Assembly (NCBI RefSeq): GCF_964355755.1
Contig: NC_092677.1
Span: 28,321,175 to 28,385,174 of the forward strand
Direction: 5' to 3'
From: Antedon mediterranea
Lineage: Eukaryota; Animalia; Echinodermata
DNA: 64,000 nucleotides
Position numbers and translations under genes: made by a program. Position 1 is the first letter of the stretch. Each line of letters starts with the position of its first letter. Under the pieces are notes generated by a model. It was not told the DNA's origin, did not search any database, and saw nothing but the letters and a program-made list of their open reading frames with translations. Below, piece after piece: positions 26,001 through 38,000 of the stretch.

Positions 26001-29000
26001 CCTATTTCCTGCTCAGAGTCTAGATAATTTTAATAATCAACAAACACTCAAAGCGCTCTGATCTTTATGAAATAGCGCTATATAAATGTCGCATTAATAT
26101 AGTATTATTATATTAGTATTATTATAGTATTATTTGCATTCATTTGTCAGGTTTTTTCTTGCTCCTCATGTACTTCATATTTTCTCTCTATAGGCTGGCA
26201 AAGTGCTTGAGCATGGTGATGGGCTGGTTATTTTCATTTTCTTCATGACCTGGATATTAGCCAGCACCATGTGGAGTTTTATGATTAGTGTATTTTTCTC
26301 AAAATCTCGTCTTGGGTTTATCTTTGGTCTACTGATGTGGTTCCTCAGTTATCTGCCATTGTTCATTCTACCCTACGATGAAACATCAGGGTAAGTAGTT
26401 CTACTGATGTGGTTCGTCAGTTATCTGCCATTGTTCATTCTACCCTACGATGAAACATCAGGGTAAGTAGTTCTACTGATGTGGTTCCTCAGTTATCTGC
26501 CATTGTTCATTCTACCCTACGATGAAACATCAGGGTAAGTAGTTCTACTGATGTGGTTCCTCAGTTATCTGCCATTGTTCATTCTACCCTACGATGAAAC
26601 ATCAGGGTAAGTAGTTCTACTGATGTGGTTCCTCAGTTATCTGCCGTTGTTCATTCTACCTTACGATGAAACATCAGGGTAAGTAGTTCTACTGATGTGG
26701 TTCCTCAGTTATCTGCCATTGTTCATTCTACCTTACGATGAAACATCAGGGTAAGTAGTTCTACTGATGTGGTTCCTCAGTTATCTGCCATTGTTCATTC
26801 TACCTTACGATGAAACATCAGGGTAAGTAGTTCTACTGATGTGGTTCCTCAGTTATCTGCCATTGTTCATTCTACCTTACGATGAAACATCAGGGTAAGT
26901 AGTTCTACTGATGTGGTTCCTCAGTTATCTGCCATTGTTCATTCTACCCTACGATGAAACATCAGGGTAAGTAGTTCTACTGATGTGGTTCCTCAGTTAT
27001 CTGCCATTGTTCATTCTACCCTACGATGAAACATCAGGGTAAGTAGTTCTACTGATGTGGTTCGTCAGTTATCTGCCGTTGTTTATTCTACCTTACGATG
27101 AAACATCAGGGTAAGTAGTTCTACTGATGTGGTTCCTCAGTTATCTGCCATTGTTCATTCTACCCTACGATGAAACATCAGGGTAAGTAGTTCTACTGAT
27201 GTGGTTCCTCAGTTATCTGCCATTGTTCATTCTACCCTACGATGAAACATCAGGGTAAGTAGTTCTACTGATGTGGTTCCTCAGTTATCTGCCATTGTTC
27301 ATTCTACCCTACGATGAAACATCAGGGTAAGTAGTTCTACTGATGTGGTTCCTCAGTTATCTGCCATTGTTCATTCTACCCTACGATGAAACATCAGGGT
27401 AAGTAGTTCTACTGATGTGGTTCCTCAGTTATCTGCCATTGTTCATTCTACCTTACGATGAAACATCAGGGTAAGTAGTTCTACTGATGTGGTTCGTCAG
27501 TTATCTGCCATTGTTCATTCTACCCTACGATGAAACATCAGGGTAAGTAGTTCTACTGATGTGGTTCGTCATTTATCTGCCATTGTTCATTCTACCTTAC
27601 GATGAAACATCAGGGTAAGTAGTTCTACTGATGTGGTTCGTCAGTTATCTGCCATTGTTCATTCTACCCTACGATGAAACATCAGGGTAAGTAGTTCTAC
27701 TGATGTGGTTCGTCAGTTATCTGCCATTGTTCATTCTACCTTACGATGAAACATCAGGGTAAGTAGTTCTACTGATGTGGTTCCTCAGTTATCTGCCATT
27801 GTTCATTCTACCCTACGATGAAACATCGGGGTAAGTAGTTCTACTGATGTGGTTCCTCAGTTATCTGCCATTGTTCATTCTACCCTACGATGAAACATCA
27901 GGGTAAGTAGTTCTACTGATGTGGTTCCTCAGTTATCTGCCATTGTTCATTCTACCTTACGATGAAACATCAGGGTAAGTAGTTCTACTGATGTGGTTCG
28001 TCAGTTATCTGCCATTGTTCATTCTACCCTACGATGAAACATCAGGGTAAGTAGTTCTACTGATGTGGTTCCTCAGTTATCTGCCATTGTTCATTCTACC
28101 CTATGATGAAACATCAGGGTAAGTAGTTCTACTGATGTGGTTCGTCAGTTATCTGCCATTGTTCATTCTACCTTACGATGAAACATCAGGGTAAGTAGTT
28201 CTACTGATGTGGTTCCTCAGTTATCTGCCATTGTTCATTCTACCCTACGATGAAACATCAGGGTAAGTAGTTCTACTGATGTGGTTCCTCAGTTATCTGC
28301 CGTTGTTTATTCTACCCTACGATGAAACATCAGGGTAAGTAGTTCTACTGATGTGGTTCCTCAGTTATCTGCCATTGTTCATTCTACCCTACGATGAAAC
28401 ATCAGGGTAAGTAGTTCTACTGATGTGGTTCCTCAGTTATCTGCCATTGTTCATTCTACCTTACGATGAAACATCAGGGTAAGTAGTTCTACTGATGTGG
28501 TTCCTCAGTTATCTGCCATTGTTCATTCTACCCTACGATGAAACATCAGGGTAAGTAGTTCTACTGATGTGGTTCCTCAGTTATCTGCCATTGTTCATTC
28601 TACCTTACGATGAAACATCAGGGTAAGTAGTTCTACTGATGTGGTTCCTCAGTTATCTGCCATTGTTCATTCTACCTTACGATGAAACATCAGGGTAAGT
28701 AGTTTATAATACAGATATATGATACAGACAAATAAGATTTTTTATAGCAGTATATTTTAAGCAAGTAAGGTTATTCATTATCTTATATTTTTTCTTCTCT
28801 GTTTCAGCTCTACTAAAACTCTATGTTGTTTCTTGCCTAACTCTGCAATGGGCTATGCAATGAATTGTATTCTACGATATGAGAGTAGTGAGGAGGGAAT
28901 TCAGTGGAGCAACATCGGTAGAAGTCCCGCGACTGGAGATTCTTTCAATTTAGGAAACTGTTTTCTTATGCTTTTACTTGATAGCTTCATCTTTTTCATC

Positions 29001-32000
29001 ATCATGTGGTAAGTATTATTTTTGAGTGGAATACCTTCAGATGTTTTTAATGTATCAAGTCTCCATAGGTTTAGTAGTTATAGCTTGTCTATTCATCTAT
29101 TTCTAAAACAACTCAGAAACATAAAAGCATAGATCGTGTATACGAGTACTTACTATGAAATAGTCAATAGAAGTGATTATCATTTTAGGTATGTAGAGCA
29201 AGTGTTTCCAGGCAAATATGGTATTCCACAACCAATTAATTTTCCTTTTAAGAAGTCATACTGGTGTGGAAATGTAGTGCATGTTTCTCCTGATGATGAA
29301 GCACAGGTACTGTATGCTGTTTCTCTTACTTAATTAAATGTTTAAGTCAAATAAAATTTAATACTTTTATAGAGTTTCTATACTCTGCTGTTATGATACA
29401 TGTTACTTCTTTTGCAATTTTGTACAGATAGCCATGAATAACATCGATAACAAAAATCATGAAAGTGCCCCAAACATTGAAGTTGGTATTGATATTAAGA
29501 ATCTGCGAAAGGTTTACAAGGTAAGTAAAATTACATTTTACAAGGTTTACAAGGTTAGGTTTACAAGGTAAGTAAAATTACATTTTACAAGGTTTAGGTT
29601 AGGTTTACAGTAAAATTACATTTTAGTGATATTACTATTCATACATTAAATACTGAACTCTATGATTTAAAAAAATATCTTCGTTTAGAGTTCAGTTGGG
29701 AAAAAACTTGCTGTGGACGACCTCTCACTGAAGATGTACAAAGGTCAAATAACATCTCTTCTTGGTCACAACGGAGCTGGTAAAACTACTACAATGTCCA
29801 TCTTGACCGGTTTATTTCCACCAACTTCAGGCTCAGCTACTATCAATGGCAAGAGTATTGTGACAGACATTCAATCTGTACGGTCAAGTCTCGGCTTATG
29901 TCCACAGCACAATGTCTTGTTTGATCGTCTGACGGTTAAAGAACATCTGGATTTCTTTATTAATCTAAAGGTAATCAACAATTAACTATTAGTAACCATT
30001 TATATTATACAGTCACGTGTCAATAAAAAATCATTATTAACAAATTTGTGCTTTGTTTTATAGGGTAAAAGTGGTGCAGAAGCCAATGCTGAAGTAAGGT
30101 CAATGATAGAAGACTTACAACTGGTTGACAAGACTAACACAGCATCCAGTTCACTGTCAGGTGGCATGAAACGAAAACTGAGGTAAACTTCTTCTCCATT
30201 TATCTACAAATGCTGATTTTAACTCTGATTTTATAGAAACGCAATTATTCCATTAAAAAAATATGTATTTGTCACATATTCTGTATTTTAGTTGTGCGAT
30301 TGCTTTGATTGGAGGATCAGAAGTTGTGATTCTAGATGAGCCTACCTCTGGCATGGATCCATATGCACGTCGGGCTACTTGGGATTTGTTATTAAAGTAC
30401 AAAGCAGGAAAGACCATGGTACTCACTACACACTTCATGTAAGTAATGTATACAATATTTTAATTATCTTCAGATAATCTTTTTCAAATGTAACAGGTCC
30501 GCAATTGTATATATGTTATAAATACAGATTTTCGCACCGCTGCTTTAGCCAGCTATGTCCGAAGAGGATATACTCATTAAGAAGCTTTATCATCGTAGTA
30601 GCTATAGTTCTAAGGCCGACAGTTTTGGGAATTTGTAAACTCGACTATAATTTATAGGTCCCAGCTGCTGGACCCAAAAAACGTATAAAGCGAGTCTATG
30701 AGGGCTCACGGTTGAACGATTTTGCATTCTCGCTCTTTGATTGGTTGGCGAGAATCAACAGACTGAGGAAGAATTTTCTCACTTGTACCGCCGTAAAGTC
30801 ACGTTGTCTAGAGGGTATTCAGTTGCATGCCTACAGGTTGGGCTCACACACACACAGCACATTAAAGTTCAAAATTTACCATTTTTAAATGCCATTTTTT
30901 AATTAGTAGATTAATATTTTGTTGGATAGGTACACATGTCTTCTTTCAAATTGTTGAAAATTAGCAGAAATATCAATTATTCAATGAAATACAACCAGAT
31001 TACTAACACCCAACAAAATGGCCATGATGTGATTTATAATTAAATAGCTATGTTAGATTTTGTGTATTTTTGCGATTAACCAACATATTTTTATTTTGTT
31101 ACACGTTTCCATGGCAACAAAATGTTCATAAATTATTAAAAATTGTGTATTTATAGTACAATTAACTAGTGAAAAAATTGGCATAATGTGATTCTTAATT
31201 AAAGAACTATCTTTGATTTGTATGTATTTTTGCAATTAAAGAACATCTTTTAATAATTAATCATTTAATATATCTGAAGAAAGAACAATGATTAATTTTA
31301 AAATGTCGAGTGGCGTTTTTTGTAAGAAATATTTCTTATTTACTTTAGGGACGAGGCCGATTTGTTGGGAGATCGTATTGCCATCATGGCACACGGACAA
31401 CTACTCTGCAGCGGCAGCTCTCACTTTCTTAAAAACCGATATGGAGTTGGTTATCACATGACACTGGTTAAGAATGAAAATTGCCAAGTTGATCAACTTA
31501 CAAAAATTATTCAAGATTATGTACCTGGAAGTTATCTGGAGTCAAATATTGGTGCAGAGCTTGCTTATATTTTACCAGGGGACAGTACCTCACAGTTTCA
31601 ATCGCTTTTTGAAAATGTTGAAGGTACTGTATACTTTATGTTGAAGGTACTGTATACTTTATGTTGAAGGTACTGTATACTTTATGTTGAAGGTACTGTA
31701 TACTTTATGTTGAAGGTACTGTATACTTTATGTTGAAGGTACTGTATACTTTATGTTGAAGGTACTGTATACTTTATGTTGAAGGTACTGTATACTTTAG
31801 CCGATAATGTAGCATTATCATACACACCAGATGCTCCACAATAATATAGTATATTTACATTTCTCTTTCTTTGTGTTGCAGCAAAGCGAACAAGTCTCGG
31901 CGTTGAAAGTTTTGGTGTGTCCATCACAACTTTAGAAGAAGTATTCATGAAAGTTGGTGAGCAAGCAGAGGCAAAAGCGAATGGAACTGCCAACAATGAC

Positions 32001-35000
32001 GAGGGTGAGGGCGCTGTTGCATCCACCACGATGCAGAATATTCAGAAAGCAGAAAAAGCTGTTAATATCTCACAACTTGAAACCAGAAGAGAAGGTACTT
32101 AAAATAAATAAATTTGCATAATGTTCTAAACTCAAGTAATATGTAGGAATTTTTATTTAAACCTATCTAAAACTGGATCTAACGTTTGTTTCTTTTTTTT
32201 TCAGATTTGCTTAGTGGGTTAGCTTTAAAAGCTCAGCAGTTTAAAGCTATGTATATTAAGCGTTTTCTCAACAGTAAACGTGACAAAAAAGCTGTCATTA
32301 TTCAATTCTTTTTCCCACTTTTGTTCATTTTTCTTGGATTATTGATTATTCTACTTTCTGGGGGTAGTGCGGCTACTGATGATCCTAAGTTGGAACTAAG
32401 TTTGATTAAGTTGAATGAGGCTGAAGACTTAAATCATCGGGCATATTATGCTGACTTTACTGGCAATGACGCAGTCAAGATATTTCAGGTCATTTTCTTA
32501 TACTACTATAACACTACACAATTGAAAATAAGTTGTTGCAATGAGGAATACCATTGATAATGATTTAGCATAAAATACTCCTTATTCTTAATATCTTAGA
32601 ATGTTGAAAGTTACTTGGTCAGCCTAAAATTTTTAGAAGAAAGTGTAGAAAATATAGAAGGTACAGTACAGACTCTGATGAATGAAAACAGCTATGGAAA
32701 GGTCAAAGGTGAAGACATACCGAGTCCAATGGCACGATACTGTTGTTTGTACAACTTCATCATTTTGAATGAGGAGTGTTCTTCTTGGGTGAGTCCTTTG
32801 TCAATCTTATTGATCATACAAAAAAAATGAAAAGAGTTTTTTTCAAGTGTCCTTTGTCACTCTTATTGGTCATAAATTATTATATGACAATGACGGAAAA
32901 AACAATTGCACAAACATTCATATAATCAGCAAATTGTTTATTTTAGATCCGTAATCAGCCTGAAGATGCATGCAAAGACTATCCTGAATATTCCTACACA
33001 AACTGCCCATCTTGCTATAATTCTACAGAGAAGTAAGTAATATTCATTGACACTGTTTAACATTGGCTTACTTATATTACAATAAACTTTTGTTTAATTT
33101 GCTAGGTTATATGGTTCATGTCCAGTTGGTGCACAACCCAGCATTCTGTCTGACCCAAACACTTACTTTCAAGAGAGCGTCTTGGAAGAAGATGCTGACA
33201 ATGAACCTAACTTTTTCAATGAACTTGTGGCAGGTTTTGTTTCTGTTAACGCTACCTTTGATGCACAGCAAGTTGTTCCAAATCTTTATGCAATTTTCAA
33301 TAATAGTTTAATTGTAAGTATTTGATAGGAATGAGATGTGTACCAACAACCATATTTTCTCTGTATGAAAATAATATCATGGTGCAGTACACCACAACAC
33401 TGCTTTCTAAATCAATCCAGGGAAAAGTGAAATTCAATCTAATCATTTACTGATTTGTGACAGGAAGACAAACATTTTGAAACAAAACTGATTTACCTAA
33501 AAATGTAATTTGTGTTATGCTAATTTTCATATAAATATGTTTATATTTTCAGGCAAATGTGTCATTTGTTAAGAAACTAGAAGAAGTGAATTTTTATGAG
33601 CTTGCATTAAATGTTAGTACTGGGACTCTAGTGACAGCCTGGTACAGTAATGAGGTAAAATGTTCTACTTTTTAATGGAGACAAACACTAATGGTTAAGA
33701 TGAAATGTTATTATATCAGCATTACTGTTTGGAAATAAGATGTTATTATATCAGCATTACTGTTTGGAAATAAGATGTTATTATATCAGCATTACTGTTT
33801 GGAAATAAGATGTTATTATATCAGCATTACTGTTTGGAAATAAGACGTTATTATATCAGCATTACTGTTTGGAAATAAGATGTTATTATATCAGCATTAC
33901 TGTTTGGAAATAAGATGTTATTATATCAGCATTACTGTTAGGAAATAAGATGTTATTATATCAGCATTACTGTTAGGAAATAAGATGTTATTATATCAGC
34001 ATTACTGTTTGGAAATAAGATGTTATTATATCAGCATTACTGTTTGGAAATAAGATGTTATTATATCAGCATTACTGTTAGGAAATAAGATGTTATTATA
34101 TCAGCATTACTGTTAGGAAATAAGATGTTATTATATCAGCATTACTGTTAGGAAATAAGATGTTATTATATCAGCATTACTGTTAGGAAATAAGATGTTA
34201 TTATATCAGCATTACTGTTAGGAAATAAGATGTTATTATATCAGCATTACTGTTTGGAAATAAGATGTTATTATATCAGCATTACTGTTTGGAAATAAGA
34301 TGTTATTATATCAGCATTACTGTTTGGAAATAAGATGTTATTATATCAGCATTACTGTTAGGAAATAAGATGTTATTATATCAGCATTACTGTTTGGAAA
34401 TAAGATGTTATTATATCAGCATTACTGTTTGGAAATAAGATGTTATTATATCAGCATTACTGTTAGGAAATAAGATGTTATTATATCAGCATTACTGTTA
34501 GGAAATAAGATGTTATTATATCAGCATTACTGTTAGGAAATAAGATGTTATTATATCAGCATTACTGTTAGGAAATAAGATGTTATTATATCAGCATTAC
34601 TGTTAGGAAATAAGATGTTATTATATCAGCATTACTGTTTGGAAATAAGATGTTATTATATCAGCATTACTGTTAGGAAATAAGATGTTATTATATCAGC
34701 ATTACTGTTAGGAAATAAGATGCAAATTGCAGGCATACTATAGTATACTTCTTTTTCAACCTTTTTTAATATCATGACATTTGAAAATTAAAATTCAAAG
34801 CATGCCATACAACATTTGTTTGTAATTTACATGGGCACCATACAGTACATAATTACAAGCATACCATACCTTTAGCCCAAGCATGCCATACAACATTTGT
34901 TTGTAATTTACATGGGCACCATACAGTACATAATTACAAGCATACCATACCTTTAGCCCAAGCATGCCATACAACATTTGTTTGTAATTTACATGGGCAC

Positions 35001-38000
35001 CATACAGTACATAATTACAAGCATACCATACTTGTTTTTTTTTCAAATTATACCCATACCATATGTTTTTGTTTTCACATTACAGGCATACCATACCTCT
35101 GTGCAAGTTCTTAATGCTGCTTCTAACATGATACTGAAGTCTTTTACTAGCGATGAATACAGCATTACAACTTACAACTATCCCCTGCCTCGGAATGTAA
35201 CAGCTCAGGTATTTTATCCTCAGTTTAAGTACTATTTTTAAAACATATTATTGAAAGTATACATATCTAGTATGTAGTAAAATTGACTTTTTATTGTGAA
35301 TACAAGATACTAAGTCTACTTTATTGTAAAAACTTTACATTTTTGAGATATGTTTTGTACCATAGTAGATCATTAAATAATACATAGTGATATATATTTA
35401 AATAAATTTCATGCCATATACAGTGTTGAAAATCTGAAACGTTTTGTCAAAATTGTTTTCTGTGTCAGTCTAGCCCTTCCTGATCTGCTAATAATAATAA
35501 TATCTGAGTGTAATGGGTGGGTTGAGTCTTGTATAATTGAGTTTTCTTAAGTATAAACATTTTAAAATGAACATGTTTTCAGTTAGTATTTTTATGTTAC
35601 ATAGGCAGAGGAAGCAGCTTCAAGTGAGAGTGCATTTGGTCTGTCAATCTTGGTGGTATTTGGTATGGCTTTTCTTTCAGCTAGTTTCATCGGTTTTGTT
35701 GTTGGTGAGAGAGAAAACAAGGTGACTATACTTTCTACCTTTGTTTTCACAGTAGTTGAGTTCCTGCATCATACATACTATTACTTTTATTACATTTAAT
35801 TATCAATCTTTATTATCAACCTAAACAAATATATTTTCTCAATTAAATGAAGTTAACACAACAGCAACAACTCAATTTCCTCTCTCATTGAAAGCACTTC
35901 TTGAAGTAAGCATAAAAACATATTGTTGTATTTTGTAGGCAAAGCATCTTCAGTTTGTGAGTGGTGTTGATCCACTGAGTTATTGGGGTGCTACCTTTGT
36001 ATGGGATGTGTGTAATTTTGCCATTGTCTTTGTTGGTATCATCATCATGTTTGCAGCATTTAATCTAGATGCATACGGAGGTTCTAATCTTGGAACAGTT
36101 GCTTTACTCTTTGTAAGTTTCAATTTTGTATAAAAATTACGAGTGAGAATCAAAATCTTAAGGCATTTAATGAAAATGCAGACTGTCTTAAAAGAAGAAA
36201 ACTATTCATCAGAACTGTAATCAAAGCCTAGAGTACTTATATACCTACTAAACAGTTATATTTAAATGAGGCAATAATTTACAGAATAAAGACATCATGG
36301 ATATCAATCCACCACTGATATTATGTCATTTGTTTTGTTTTCTTTGTAGCTGTTATTTGGTTGGATGGCTATTCCATTTATCTATAGTGCAGCTTTTATG
36401 TTCAAGACTCCAGTCAATGCCACAGCTCTTACAATATTCCTCCTTGCTATTCTAAGCATGGTAAGTAACGTTGTTCAAGACTCCAGTCAATGCCACAGCT
36501 CTTACAATATTCCTCCTTGCTATTCTAAGCATGGTAAGTAACGTTGTTCAAGACTCCAGTCAATGCCACAGCTCTTACAATATTCCTCCTTGCTATTCTA
36601 AGCATGGTAAGTAACGTTGTTCAAGACTCCAGTCAATGCCACAGCTCTTACAATATTCCTCCTTGCTATTCTAAGCATGGTAAGTAACGTTGTTCAAGAC
36701 TCCAGTCAATGCCACAGCTCTTACAATATTCCTCCTTGCTATTCTAAGCATGGTAAGTAACGTTGTTCAAGACTCCAGTCAATGCCACAGCTCTTACAAT
36801 ATTCCTCCTTGCTATTCTAAGCATGGTAAGTAACGTTGTTCAAGACTCCAGTCAATGCCACAGCTCTTTCCTCCTTGCTATTCTAAGCATGGTAAGTAAC
36901 GTTGTTCAAGACTCCAGTCAATGCCACAGCTCTTACAATATTCCTCCATGCTATTCTAAGCATGGTAAGTAACGTTGTTCAAGACTCCAGTCAATGCCAC
37001 AGCTCTTACAATATTCCTCCTTGCTATTCTAAGCATGGTAAGTAACGAATGTAAAGCAACTTACTGTACCTATTTAGTATGTTTGATATTATATTATTTT
37101 TAATAGATTAAGGTGGTGAAAATTAGGTAAATAAAAGTAATTTGAATTTGTTTGTGTTTCAACAGTTTACAATTCTTACTATCTTTGTCCTGAGTATTCC
37201 TGGACTTGGATTGGAGAGCACAGCCAATGCGTTAGACTATGTGTTTTGTCTTATTCCAACACATTGCTTAGGACGAGCATTCTCTGTATTAGGTGATAAT
37301 GATGGTTTGAGACGGATATGCACTGCCAGTCAAGAGTGAGTTTATAAACAAAACATTTATTTATTAATTATTATTTTAGAAATGTGGATTTTTGGCTACA
37401 CCACTGTGTAGCCTTTATTGGAAACAAGTACTGCTATGATTGTGTTTTTGTAAACTTTTGGTTTTCTAAATAGACTTGAGTATTGATATTGTTGTATAAT
37501 TAGTTTGTGTATATTGTTTTTATATTATGATATTAGAGCTATGATAAATTGTCAAATGTCAGGATATGTCTATCAAGATAGCAACTTAGCCTGGGACAAG
37601 CCTGGTATTGGTACTTATTGTTTGTACATGTTTATTGGTGGAATTGTGTTCATCATTCTCACATTGCTTATTGAGGTGAGTTAAATATTATTTTCAGAGG
37701 TAGGCATTTTATATTTATATACATTAAGTACTTATATTTTATATTTATATGGATCATCATTTGTTTGCATTTTGCAAAAAAAAAGGTATGATAAATGAAA
37801 AATTTGATAATGTATTAATTAATTTAAAAAATGATAATGTATTAATAGACTTCTGTTTTTGTTATCAGGTCAACTTCTTTATCCCTTCTCGTTCAGCTTC
37901 TGTGCTCAAAGGGCACGTTTCAAATCCAGATGTAAGTTTTATTTATAATGGTTACATTACAGACAGCCTTTATAATTTGTGTGATGTATGTTATACATTC

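Noticed and set aside
26329-28704. CRISPR-like appearance of this and other regular arrays (also 50504 and 59134)
   Set aside because: Units are contiguous with no unique spacers, no cas genes are present and the DNA is eukaryotic.
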